A DNA stretch of 60,159 nt, counting the filler. It is 4 parts of 4 records of this genome, joined end to end, with 100 filler letters (N's around TTAATTAATTAA, not from the genome) between each part and the next. Parts side by side here need not be neighbours in the genome. Positions count along the whole stretch, not along the records: positions 1 to 11,086 come from DRR723986_5880; 3 more parts are not named here. The stretch is one strand, 5' to 3'. A program made the translations under genes and the position numbers. Positions 1 to 8,829 of this stretch are shown piece by piece (position 1 is the stretch's first letter; each line of letters begins with the position of its first letter). The notes beneath the pieces are model-generated. The model was not told where the DNA came from, did not search any database, and worked only from the letters and a program-made list of their open reading frames with translations.

Positions 1-41
1 TAATCCGCGTGTCCGGGGTTCAAGTCCCTGCACCGCCACCA
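1..41 (+). tRNA. 3' half of a tRNA, truncated by the window start; probably tRNA-Met(CAT)
   Basis: TAATCCGCGTGTCCGGGGTTCAAGTCCCTGCACCGCCACCA shows the end of the anticodon loop, a T-arm with GTTCAA loop, the acceptor strand and an encoded CCA. Only the last anticodon base (T) is visible, so the identity is inferred. Confidence 0.85.
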
Positions 42-99
42 TTTTCCCTTATCCGGTTGATGATGGCCCCGCGCCGATTCTGGCGCGTCTCCAGGTCTT

Positions 100-972
100 T
101 CAGAACCCCGTAACCGTCGGAATCCTCGGATCGGCTTCGCCCTTCTGAACTCGTGCCGCGACCGACAGGGCCAGGGCCTGAATCAGACACATCGGCGCCG
201 CAAGCGACCGGGAAAAGCTGTAATCATGCTCTGGCACCGCAAACAGAACATCGGCGGATTTCGCCAGCGGACTCAGGGTGCTGTCCGACATCGCAACGAC
301 CGGAATGCCTGCGGCGGCGGCCTCGTCCACGATGTTGACCACCTCGGTCGCATAGAACCGAAAGGACACGGCCAGCAGCACGTCGCCCTTGCGCATCGTG
401 CGGCCGACATGGGTGGCCAGCCCGCCGCCACTGTCCAGCAGCACGCAGCGTTTTCCCAGCATCGTCAGCACATAACGCATCAGTTCCACCACCGGGACAG
501 ATCGCAGCTGACCGACCAGATAAATCATATCCGCCTCGTGCAGCAGATCTGCCGCGCGGGCCAGATCCTCTGGGGTGACGGCGGTCAGCAGATCCTGAAG
601 CGAGGCTATGTCGCGCACCACCAGATCCCGCAGGAAGCTGCCGTCAGATCCATCCGCAGCGGCAGACAGCTCGGCGTTCAGCGCCTTGACCCGCGCCTCG
701 AATCCCGGCGCGGCGGTGGACAGGCGTTTCTGGAACAGCCCCTGCAATTCCTTGAACCCGGAGTAGCCAAGCGCCTGCGCAAAGCGGACGAAGCTGGAGG
801 CATGGATGCCGCAATGCCCGGCAATGGCATTGACCGACAGAACCGCCACGTCATTGGGGTTCTGCGTTAGGTAGAGCGAGATCTTCTGGTAGGTCTTGCT
901 CATCTGACCGTGGCGGTCGTGAATCAGCCGGATCAGGTCTTCGTAATCTGCCGGTGGCTTGGCCGATGCCAT
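100..972 (-). CDS. MurR/RpiR family transcriptional regulator (HTH + SIS domain), IolR-like
   Basis: N-terminal HTH (SVNAIAGHCGIHASSFVRFAQALGYSGFKELQ) and SIS domain (DVLLAVSF..Y, VVAMSDSTLSPLA). ATG at 972 is preceded by GGAGG. Confidence 0.9.
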   Translation of the reverse strand: MASAKPPADYEDLIRLIHDRHGQMSKTYQKISLYLTQNPNDVAVLSVNAIAGHCGIHASSFVRFAQALGYSGFKELQGLFQKRLSTAAPGFEARVKALNAELSAAADGSDGSFLRDLVVRDIASLQDLLTAVTPEDLARAADLLHEADMIYLVGQLRSVPVVELMRYVLTMLGKRCVLLDSGGGLATHVGRTMRKGDVLLAVSFRFYATEVVNIVDEAAAAGIPVVAMSDSTLSPLAKSADVLFAVPEHDYSFSRSLAAPMCLIQALALSVAARVQKGEADPRIPTVTGF

Positions 973-1020
973 CCTGCCCCTCCATCTTTTCGTCAACGAT
1001 GCGAAACACGCTGGAACAGT

Positions 1021-1038
1021 CTGCAATGTCTATTGCAG
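1021..1038. promoter_or_regulatory. Inverted repeat CTGCAAT-gtct-ATTGCAG, candidate RpiR-family operator
   Basis: 7-bp inverted repeat in the divergent intergenic region between the RpiR gene and the FAD-oxidase operon. Confidence 0.45.
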
Positions 1039-1197
1039 GGCGCTGGCGATCAAGCGGATAATTCCCCAATGCCCGCATACAGGCGATCTGGATTTCGGTG
1101 GTCAGGTTATCCTGACTCGTGCTCTGGTTGCGCAATGCCTATCTGATGAACTCCTCTCGCCTCTTCGGGGCGGCTAGACAAACATGGGAGAAGAACC

Positions 1198-2685
1198 ATG
1201 GGTGCGATATCTCGACGGGCCTTGTTGCTTGGCGCAGGCGGGGCTGCCGGATGGTACAGCGCGCGCCGCCTTGGCAGTCACTTGCCGGTTCTGGACGGGG
1301 CCGGGCTGACAGTGCCGCCGTCCGGCGACGGCATCCTGAACGACGCAAGCGGCCTGTCGCCCACCCCCATCCACCGCCACATCACCCTGTCGCACGACCC
1401 GGGCGAGGCTTTGATAGCCGCGATCCGGGCCGAAATACGCGACGCCGCCACCGCAGGCCGCCCGGTCAATATCGGGGCCGCGCGTCATTCAATGGGCGGG
1501 CAGGCGATTCCGCGCGACGGACACGCGATCACCTTCGACAACGGCGTGGTGGAGGCCGATACGGCAAACGGCACCTACCGCACCCATGCCGGTGCCCGCT
1601 GGTCACAGATCATCGCGGCGCTCGATCCCATCGGGTTTTCGCCAAAGGTCATGCAGTCGAACCATGATTTCGGCGTCGCCGCCACGTTCAGCGTCAATGC
1701 CCATGGCTGGCCGGTGCCCTGGGGGCCGATGGGCTCGACCGTGCGCAGCCTGCGGATGGTGCTGCCGTCGGGCGATCTGGTGACCTGTTCGCGCACGGAA
1801 AACACCGATCTCTTCACCATGGCTATGGGCGGCTATGGTCTGGTGGGCGCGATCATCGACATGGAGGTCGAGATGGTCCCGAACCAGCGGCTCTTGCCCA
1901 GATTCGAGACCATGGCAGCGGGCGATTTCCCCGCCGCCTTTGATGCCGTGATCCGATCTGGCGAGGTGCCCATGGCCTATGGCCGCCTGAATGTGGGCCG
2001 GGCGCGGTTCTTTGAGGATGCGCTGCTGGTCAGCTACCGCCCCGACCCCGATCAATCCGACCTGCCCGCCGCTGAAGGGTCTGGTGTCATGTCACAGCTC
2101 GCCAGCTATATCTATCGCTGGCAGTTGGGGAATGAGCCGATGAAGCATCTGCGCTGGTGGACCGAAACCGTGGTTGGCCCGGCCCTTGGCGACGGTCCCG
2201 CGACGCGCAACAGCCTGATGAACGAACCGGTGGCCACGCTCGATGACCGCAACCCCACCCGCACCGACATTCTGCATGAATATTTCGTCGCCCCAGACCG
2301 TTTCGACGATTTCCTGACCGCGTGCAGAGAGGTCATTCCCGGATCGTATCAGGAGTTTCTGAACGTCACCCTGCGCCATGTGGCGCAAGACGATGAAAGC
2401 TGGCTGTCCTACGCACCCGTAAACCGGATCGCCGCAGTCGTGAGCTTCAGTCAGGAACTGACCGAAAGGGCCGAGGCCGACATGGCCCGCATGACCCGCG
2501 ATCTTGTTGAGCGGATGATAGAGATCGGGGCGAGCTATTACCTGCCCTACCGGCCCCATCCAACCGTTGATCAGTTGGTCGCCACCTATCCTCGCGCGCC
2601 GGAATTTGCGGCGGCCAAGCGGGAACTGGACCCCGGTCTTATCTTCCGCAACAATCTTTGGGACAGCTATCTGGGGGCGCTATGA
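1198..2685 (+). CDS. Tat-exported FAD-linked oxidoreductase (PCMH/VAO-type FAD-binding fold; aldonolactone oxidase/DprE1-like)
   Basis: Twin-arginine signal (SRRALL), AARHSMGGQ flavin-attachment-type motif, SVNAHG, GGYGLVG, C-terminal ELDPGLIFRN. Confidence 0.85.
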   Translation: MGAISRRALLLGAGGAAGWYSARRLGSHLPVLDGAGLTVPPSGDGILNDASGLSPTPIHRHITLSHDPGEALIAAIRAEIRDAATAGRPVNIGAARHSMGGQAIPRDGHAITFDNGVVEADTANGTYRTHAGARWSQIIAALDPIGFSPKVMQSNHDFGVAATFSVNAHGWPVPWGPMGSTVRSLRMVLPSGDLVTCSRTENTDLFTMAMGGYGLVGAIIDMEVEMVPNQRLLPRFETMAAGDFPAAFDAVIRSGEVPMAYGRLNVGRARFFEDALLVSYRPDPDQSDLPAAEGSGVMSQLASYIYRWQLGNEPMKHLRWWTETVVGPALGDGPATRNSLMNEPVATLDDRNPTRTDILHEYFVAPDRFDDFLTACREVIPGSYQEFLNVTLRHVAQDDESWLSYAPVNRIAAVVSFSQELTERAEADMARMTRDLVERMIEIGASYYLPYRPHPTVDQLVATYPRAPEFAAAKRELDPGLIFRNNLWDSYLGAL

Positions 2686-3086
2686 CTATCCTGCAAAAGA
2701 TCTGCATCGGCTATTTCGTCGCCCTGATGATCGCGGCGTCGCTGAATTATATTCCAGGGCTGACCGATGAGAACGGGCTCGCCTTCGGGATCTTCGCGCT
2801 CGATATCTTTGACGATTCCCTGCACGTCGTCTCGGCCCTCTGGGCGCTGTCCTCTGCCTTCATCTCGTGTCGTGCCGCGCGGACCTTCCTGATCCTTTTC
2901 GGCGCGGCTTATCTGGGCGACGGGGTGTTCGGGTTCTTCACCGGCTGGGGCTATCTGGACCTCGGCATATTTACCAACGAGTCGCTTGGCATGGATGTCT
3001 CGGTGCCCCGAGTCCTCGCCAACATGCCCCATCTGGCCCTTGGCGGTTTCGCACTCTGGTCGGGGACAAGGCTGGGGCGCGGGTGA
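2682..3086 (+). CDS. Small multi-pass membrane protein (DUF4383-like)
   Basis: About 4 hydrophobic segments with DDSLH and NMPH motifs. ATGA overlap with the upstream stop. Confidence 0.7.
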   Translation: MTILQKICIGYFVALMIAASLNYIPGLTDENGLAFGIFALDIFDDSLHVVSALWALSSAFISCRAARTFLILFGAAYLGDGVFGFFTGWGYLDLGIFTNESLGMDVSVPRVLANMPHLALGGFALWSGTRLGRG

Positions 3087-4126
3087 TGCGCATCCTGTGG
3101 CGATGGCTGAAACGGCTGATCACGGTGCTGGTCCTGCTGATCCTTGGCCTGCTGTCGCCGGTTCTCTACGTGGAAACCATGTGCCGGGGGGAGGATGTGG
3201 CCTCGGACTACACAGCACTCCTGCCGCCGGAACATCACCGCACCGAATCCCGCACGCTGATGACTTATCCGGAATGGCATATTGTCCACGCCTATGACGA
3301 CTATGCCGAGGTCATCCGCACCGGCGACCCGCATGATTTCAACTTTTTTCAGGCGATCACCGGCTATTGGTCGTCGCTTTGCACATTGTCCGAGGCTTCT
3401 GCCGCCCATGGCGGTATCGACGGCCCCACCCGGCAGATGGTGCATGTGATCGGCGTCAGCTTCACCGCCGAACTGCTTTTGAAAGCCGCCTATGAGGAAA
3501 CCGTGGGCCGCGCGGTGACATGGCTGCGCGGGCCGGACCGGGCACCGTTGGACGAACTGTCCGCCGGTCAGGCCGGCCGCTATGCACGTTTCCTGCAACA
3601 GGTGCCGTGGTATCGGTGGGACTTTGCCGGCGACGCGCAGGCGTTGCGGGACGCGGCGGGCGACAGTCTGCGCGACCGGGAACGCAGCTTGGCGCTCGGC
3701 CTCGAATTCCGCGCCAAGGCGGCTTACGCACGGGTCATCGCTGCGGCGGTCGCTAGCACCGGATTTGATGAACTGCGGCTCAGGATGATTGTCAGCGACC
3801 TGCCCGAGCCCCTGCCAGACGTGGACATCATCGCCGAACGCCCCGAGGGGCTGGAATTGGAAACACCCCGCTACCGGGAACTCACCCACCTGATGGCACG
3901 GATGGCCACACTGGGTGCGGATTTCGTGGAGATTGCAGGAAATGACGATATCCTGCTGACCGTGACCTCTGCCGACGCAACCATGGCCGAGGCGCTGCAC
4001 AGCTTTCCCCGGCAAGGCTATGGCGATTACCGCCAGCTGCTGCTGATCCCCGTCACCGATCTGGCCGAGACCCTGCGCGGGCTGGAGGCTCGGGGCGTCA
4101 CGCTCGAACATATCCATGATTATTAA
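3086..4126 (+). CDS. Membrane-anchored hypothetical protein (TYPEW motif)
   Basis: TGATG coupling to the upstream gene. N-terminal basic + hydrophobic anchor followed by a ~320-aa soluble domain with high-GC codon usage. Confidence 0.75.
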   Translation: MRILWRWLKRLITVLVLLILGLLSPVLYVETMCRGEDVASDYTALLPPEHHRTESRTLMTYPEWHIVHAYDDYAEVIRTGDPHDFNFFQAITGYWSSLCTLSEASAAHGGIDGPTRQMVHVIGVSFTAELLLKAAYEETVGRAVTWLRGPDRAPLDELSAGQAGRYARFLQQVPWYRWDFAGDAQALRDAAGDSLRDRERSLALGLEFRAKAAYARVIAAAVASTGFDELRLRMIVSDLPEPLPDVDIIAERPEGLELETPRYRELTHLMARMATLGADFVEIAGNDDILLTVTSADATMAEALHSFPRQGYGDYRQLLLIPVTDLAETLRGLEARGVTLEHIHDY

Positions 4127-4409
4127 GCGCCTTGCCCTGATCCTGCCGCTGCTGGTGGCCAGCTGGCTGCTGGTCCTGACCCTTGTCATGCGCATTTCCG
4201 ATGCCGCGCCGGGGGCGGTGGTTCTGTTCCCGCCCGAGGGGTTTATCTCCAGCCTGCCCGCCGATCTGTCTGTCGTGGCGGCAACCGGTTTCACCGTGAC
4301 ACTGGTCAGCGACACCCCCGACATGGCCCGCCGCCTCTACGCCGCAGGCGCGCCTTGGGTGTTGCCTGCGGGCCTTCCCGGCTGCCTGCCATTGCCCGAC
4401 CCGCGTTGA
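4116..4409 (+). CDS. Small membrane-anchored hypothetical protein
   Basis: Overlaps the upstream stop. One N-terminal TM helix, C-terminal PAGLPGC. Confidence 0.65.
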   Translation: MIIKRLALILPLLVASWLLVLTLVMRISDAAPGAVVLFPPEGFISSLPADLSVVAATGFTVTLVSDTPDMARRLYAAGAPWVLPAGLPGCLPLPDPR

Positions 4410-4477
4410 AGGCGTTTTGACTTCCCCGCCCCATCGGCTAAGCCTGTCCCCTGATGACGCCGCAGCCGGGGAGGGGC

Positions 4478-6202
4478 ATGAACGTCACCCGCACCATTGT
4501 GTTTTCACTTCTGTTCCTGGCCTTCGCGTCCGGGGCCTATGTGCTGTCATCGCGCTATTTCCGGTCCGAGGAAGTGATCCGCGCCGAGGGCCGCCTGTCG
4601 CTCTACCGCTCCACCGTGGTGGCGGAACTTGACCGGTTCTCGCATCTTACCTTCGTTCTGGCCCGTGACCCGTTCGTGATGGAAACCGCTGGCGGTGGCC
4701 CGACCGCGCCGCTGGACGGGCGGCTGGCAAGCTTTGCGAACCAATCGGGGCTGGATGCGATCTACCTGATGGATTTCGAGGGGCTGACAATCTCGGCCTC
4801 CAACGCGGGCAGCGCCAGCAGCTTTGTCGGGCAGAACTATTCCTTCCGCCCCTATTTTCAGGAAGCGATGGAAGGCGGACAGGGTCGGTTCTATGGCATC
4901 GGCGCCACCACCGGACTGCCGGGCTATTTCATCGCCGATTCCGTGGTGTCTGATCTGGGCGAGGCGCTTGGCGTCATCGCGATAAAGATCGACCTTACCC
5001 GGCTGGAAAATAGCTGGCGCGAGGGCGGCGAACAGGTCCTGCTGACCAATGCCGACGGGGTGGTGCTACTGGCCTCGAACCCGGATTGGCGATATCGCAC
5101 TCTTACCCCTCTCGATGCCGGTCAACGCGACGCAATTGCCCAGACCCGCCAGTTTTCCGGCCAGCCGCTCGACCCGCTTGATTGGCGGCAGGGCGATGGT
5201 GACAGCGCCGTTATCGCGGGGATGGAGGTCATCCACCTGGCCTCCACCGATCTGCCCCATGGCTGGCAGCTGCACTATTTCGCCAGCACCGATCCGGTGA
5301 CAACGCGCAGTTGGCTGGCCACCGTGCTGGCCGTCGTCATTGCGGGGGGGGTGGCGCTCGTGTTCCTGATGCGACGAACCGCGCAGACCCAAGCCGCCCT
5401 GACCGCGCTGGAGGCAGAAGAGGCCGAACTGCGCCGCGCCTACGATCTGCTGGCGGTTGAGATCGAGGATCGCCGCGCTGCGGAACGCCGCCTGTCGCGT
5501 ACCCGCGATGAACTGGCCCGTGCCAGCCGTCTGGCGGCGCTTGGCGAATTGGCGGCCTCGGTCACCCACGAGTTGGGCCAGCCGATCACCGCCATGCGCA
5601 ACCACCTTGCGGCCGCTGAAATGGGTGGCGGCGTGCGGGCGATTCCGCAACTGGCAGGGCTGGTGGAACGGATGGAGGGCATCACGAGGCAGCTCAAGTT
5701 CTTCGCCAATCCCGGAGAGGATGCGTTGAAACCCGTCGATCTGGGCCACGCAATGCGCGAGGCGCTGAACCTGATGGCCCCCAATGTCGAAACGCATCAG
5801 ATAAATCTTGTAGAAGAAATTGCGCCCGGTCCGGTCATGGTTCAGGGCAATGCGCTGCGTATCGAACAGGTGATGGTCAACCTGCTGCGCAACGCGGTCG
5901 ACGCGATGGAAGACAGCGCCCCGCGTGACCTGACCGTGCGGGTCGGGGCGGCGGGTGACATGGCATGGTTCGAAGTTGCCGACCGGGGGCACGGGCTGGG
6001 GCGGGCCAGCCTGCCGGACTTGCAGGAACCTTTCGTCACCAGCCGTGAATCCGGGCAAGGCATGGGCCTTGGCCTGGCCATTTCCGCCGGGATCGTGAAG
6101 GAACATCACGGGGTCATGTCCGCCCGCAATCGCGATGGCGGCGGCGCGGTCTTCCGCGTCGAGATCCCCTTGGCCGACACCGCAGAGGAAGCCGCTGAAT
6201 GA
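4478..6202 (+). CDS. dctB: DctB-like sensor histidine kinase (periplasmic Cache domain)
   Basis: Two TM helices flank the Cache motif NYSFRPYF. H-box SVTHELGQP, N-box NLLRNAVDA, G-boxes DRGHG and GMGLGL. Confidence 0.9.
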   Translation: MNVTRTIVFSLLFLAFASGAYVLSSRYFRSEEVIRAEGRLSLYRSTVVAELDRFSHLTFVLARDPFVMETAGGGPTAPLDGRLASFANQSGLDAIYLMDFEGLTISASNAGSASSFVGQNYSFRPYFQEAMEGGQGRFYGIGATTGLPGYFIADSVVSDLGEALGVIAIKIDLTRLENSWREGGEQVLLTNADGVVLLASNPDWRYRTLTPLDAGQRDAIAQTRQFSGQPLDPLDWRQGDGDSAVIAGMEVIHLASTDLPHGWQLHYFASTDPVTTRSWLATVLAVVIAGGVALVFLMRRTAQTQAALTALEAEEAELRRAYDLLAVEIEDRRAAERRLSRTRDELARASRLAALGELAASVTHELGQPITAMRNHLAAAEMGGGVRAIPQLAGLVERMEGITRQLKFFANPGEDALKPVDLGHAMREALNLMAPNVETHQINLVEEIAPGPVMVQGNALRIEQVMVNLLRNAVDAMEDSAPRDLTVRVGAAGDMAWFEVADRGHGLGRASLPDLQEPFVTSRESGQGMGLGLAISAGIVKEHHGVMSARNRDGGGAVFRVEIPLADTAEEAAE

Positions 6203-7542
6203 GCACTCCTGACACCGCGCTTTCCGTTCTCATTGTGGATGATGACAAGTCCATGCGCGCCTCTCTCGTCGATCTTCTGGAAGCTGCCGGTTGGAGGACC
6301 GAGGCGCTGCCACGCGCCACACAGGTAGCCGATCTGCTGCCAAACCTGATGCCCGACGTGATCCTGTCGGATGTCCGTATGCCGGGCATGTCGGGGCTGG
6401 AGCTTCTGGAAAGTCTCGATCGATCCACCACGCCGCCGATGGTGCTGATCTCGGCCCATGGTGATATTCCGATGGCTGTGCAGGCAATCCAGAACGGGGC
6501 CTATAGCTTCGTGGAAAAGCCCTATGACCCGCGCCGATTGCTCACGATCCTGCGCCATGCCGCCGAACAGCACCGCATGGCCAGAGGCGCGGCGCGGCTT
6601 CGCGAACGTCTGGCGCGGCTCTCGGGCCTCGACCGGGTGCTGCTTGGGGGAACCGGCGATATTTCCCGCGTCCGGCAGGATGTGCTGGACCTTGCCGATA
6701 CGCCCGCGCCGGTGCTGTTGCAGGGGGAAACCGGCACCGGAAAAGAGGTCGTGGCCCGCGCCCTGCACGATCTTGGCCCGCGCGCCGACGCACCGTTTCT
6801 GGCGCTCAATTGTGCAGCCATCGCCGAGGCCACTTTCGAAGCCGAGATGTTCGGCGTGAAGGGGGAAACCACTGGCCGTCTGGTAGCCGCGAATGGCGGC
6901 ACGCTGTTCCTCGATGAAATCGCCGCCTGTCCGGGTCCGGTTCAGGCCAAGCTGCTGCGGGTGATCGAGGAAAAGGAATTGACGCCGATTGGCGCGACCA
7001 CGCCGGTCAAGCTGGACCTGCGGGTGATCTCTGCCACCAACGAGGACGCCGATCAGGCCGTGGCGACAGGTCGCCTGCGCCAGGACCTTCTGTTCCGTCT
7101 GAACACCGTGGTTCTGGCCCTGCCGCCGCTGCGCGCCCGTCGCGATGATATCGGCCTGCTCTTCACCCATTTTCTCACCCAATACGCCCGCGTGTACGAG
7201 GTTTCCGCGCCAGACCTGACCCATGACGACATGGCAGCACTTCTGGCCCATGACTGGCCCGGCAATGTACGAGAGCTGCGCAACGCCGCTGAACGCCGGG
7301 TGCTTGCCGCCCGTCGCGGACGCGGGTCCGTGGCCGAGGCGATCCGGTCTGATCAGGCAATGGAGGAGGTGCCCGACACCCTGCGTGAGGCCGTTGCCGT
7401 CTTTGAACGCGAGTTGATCGGCAAGGCCATCAAGGCCCATGAGGGCCGGATGGATGCGGTCGCCGAGGCGCTTGGGATCGGGCGGCGGACGCTGAATGAG
7501 AAGATCGTCAAGCTCGGGCTGGACAAGGACGCGCTGCTTTAG
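6199..7542 (+). CDS. dctD: DctD/NtrC-family response regulator (REC-AAA+-HTH) lacking the GAFTGA loop
   Basis: REC domain (VDDD, SDVRMPGMSG, EKP), Walker A GETGTGKE, Walker B LFLDEI, WPGNVREL, Fis-type HTH. ATGA overlap with dctB. Confidence 0.9.
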   Translation: MSTPDTALSVLIVDDDKSMRASLVDLLEAAGWRTEALPRATQVADLLPNLMPDVILSDVRMPGMSGLELLESLDRSTTPPMVLISAHGDIPMAVQAIQNGAYSFVEKPYDPRRLLTILRHAAEQHRMARGAARLRERLARLSGLDRVLLGGTGDISRVRQDVLDLADTPAPVLLQGETGTGKEVVARALHDLGPRADAPFLALNCAAIAEATFEAEMFGVKGETTGRLVAANGGTLFLDEIAACPGPVQAKLLRVIEEKELTPIGATTPVKLDLRVISATNEDADQAVATGRLRQDLLFRLNTVVLALPPLRARRDDIGLLFTHFLTQYARVYEVSAPDLTHDDMAALLAHDWPGNVRELRNAAERRVLAARRGRGSVAEAIRSDQAMEEVPDTLREAVAVFERELIGKAIKAHEGRMDAVAEALGIGRRTLNEKIVKLGLDKDALL

Positions 7543-7569
7543 TCTGGTCCCCCGCAAAGGAGAGCGCCG

Positions 7570-8709
7570 ATGAAAGACCTCACCCGGCAGATGACCGAAT
7601 GGCGGCACGATCTGCACCGCCACCCAGAGTTCGGGTTCGAGGAAACGCGCACGGCCGCTTTCGTCGCAGAAACCCTGCGCAGTTTCGGGCTGGAGGTTGC
7701 GGAAGGCATCGGCGGTACGGGCGTCGTCGGCACGCTCAAGCGCGGCACCTCCAACCGGGCGATTGCCCTGCGCGCCGATATGGATGCGCTCCGCATCGCC
7801 GAGGCAACGGGGGCCGCATACGCCTCGCAAACCCCCGGCACCATGCATGCCTGCGGCCATGACGGACACACCTCGATGTTGCTCGGTGCCGCGAAACTGC
7901 TGGCCGAAGAGGGCGGTTTTGACGGCACCATCCGGTTCCTTTTCCAACCGGCCGAGGAATGGGGGCAGGGCGCGCTTTCCATGCTGAAGGATGGCTTGAT
8001 GGAACGCTTCCCCTTCGACGAGGTCTACGGCCTGCACAACATGCCGGGCCTGCCCGTGGGCCATTTTGAAACCCGCCCCGGCGCGATCATGTCGGCAGAG
8101 GATATCTTCGAGATCACGCTGACCGGGCAGGGCGGCCACGCCTCCAGCCCCCATTGGGGGCGAGAGGCCATGGTGCCCGCCTGCGCGTTGGTGATGGATC
8201 TGCAAACCATTGTTTCGCGCCGCATTGCTCCGACGCAGACCGCCGTGGTTTCGGTCACCGAACTCATCACCGACGGCACGCGCAACGCGCTGCCCGGCCA
8301 CGCCCGGATCCTTGGGGACGCCCGCAGTTTCAGCCCCGAGGTGTCCGCCACGATCGAAGGGGAGATGCGCCGGATCGCAGAGGGCATCGCGATCCAGTAC
8401 GGGGTCACCGCGCAGGTCAGGTATGACCGTGAATTCGTGCCCACCATCAATGACCCGGAATTGGCCGAGGCGATGATGCTCTCCGCCGCGCCCATTTCCT
8501 CCGTTACCCGGACCCGCCCCGAACCGATGACGGGATCAGAGGATTTCGCCCGCTTCCTGACCCATGTCCCCGGATGTTTCGCCTTCATCGGCAATGGCGA
8601 AAGCAGCGCCCCCCTGCACGCCCCGGACTATGATTTCAACGACGCCGCCCTGACCCACGGCGCGCAGATCCACGCCGCCATCGCCCGCGCCCGGCTGCCC
8701 GAAACCTGA
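7570..8709 (+). CDS. M20D family amidohydrolase (hippurate hydrolase-like)
   Basis: RHDLHRHPE, LRADMDAL, MHACGHDGH, FQPAEE, GGHAS, SEDF and LH.PDYDFND motifs. Confidence 0.92.
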   Translation: MKDLTRQMTEWRHDLHRHPEFGFEETRTAAFVAETLRSFGLEVAEGIGGTGVVGTLKRGTSNRAIALRADMDALRIAEATGAAYASQTPGTMHACGHDGHTSMLLGAAKLLAEEGGFDGTIRFLFQPAEEWGQGALSMLKDGLMERFPFDEVYGLHNMPGLPVGHFETRPGAIMSAEDIFEITLTGQGGHASSPHWGREAMVPACALVMDLQTIVSRRIAPTQTAVVSVTELITDGTRNALPGHARILGDARSFSPEVSATIEGEMRRIAEGIAIQYGVTAQVRYDREFVPTINDPELAEAMMLSAAPISSVTRTRPEPMTGSEDFARFLTHVPGCFAFIGNGESSAPLHAPDYDFNDAALTHGAQIHAAIARARLPET

Positions 8710-8712
8710 CCC

Positions 8713-8726
8713 TGCGGAATTCCGCA
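8713..8726. promoter_or_regulatory. Perfect palindrome TGCGGAATTCCGCA, candidate DctD upstream activating site
   Basis: 14-bp perfect palindrome ~105 bp upstream of dctP. Resembles the rhizobial DctD site TGTGCGG-aaat-CCGCACA. Confidence 0.65.
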
Positions 8727-8829
8727 AGGCCCCAGAACCGGCGCGCGCGGTTTCCTTCATAGGCAGGCGCGCGGGCGGTCCCCCATACTCCTGCCATCCA
8801 CGCAACGTGTGATCAATTGGGAGGACACC

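Noticed and set aside
2951-4324. 457-aa minus-strand ORF, and similar long antisense ORFs at 5066-6109, 9022-10837, 28454-29647 and 33571-34521
   Set aside because: Shadows of well-supported genes on the opposite strand.
1-4409. tRNA-anchored genomic island or prophage
   Set aside because: No integrase, no visible att-like repeat of the tRNA 3' end and no compositional shift.
6106-8301. 731-aa minus-strand ORF
   Set aside because: Antisense shadow of dctD and the amidohydrolase in high-GC DNA, with no recognisable motifs.
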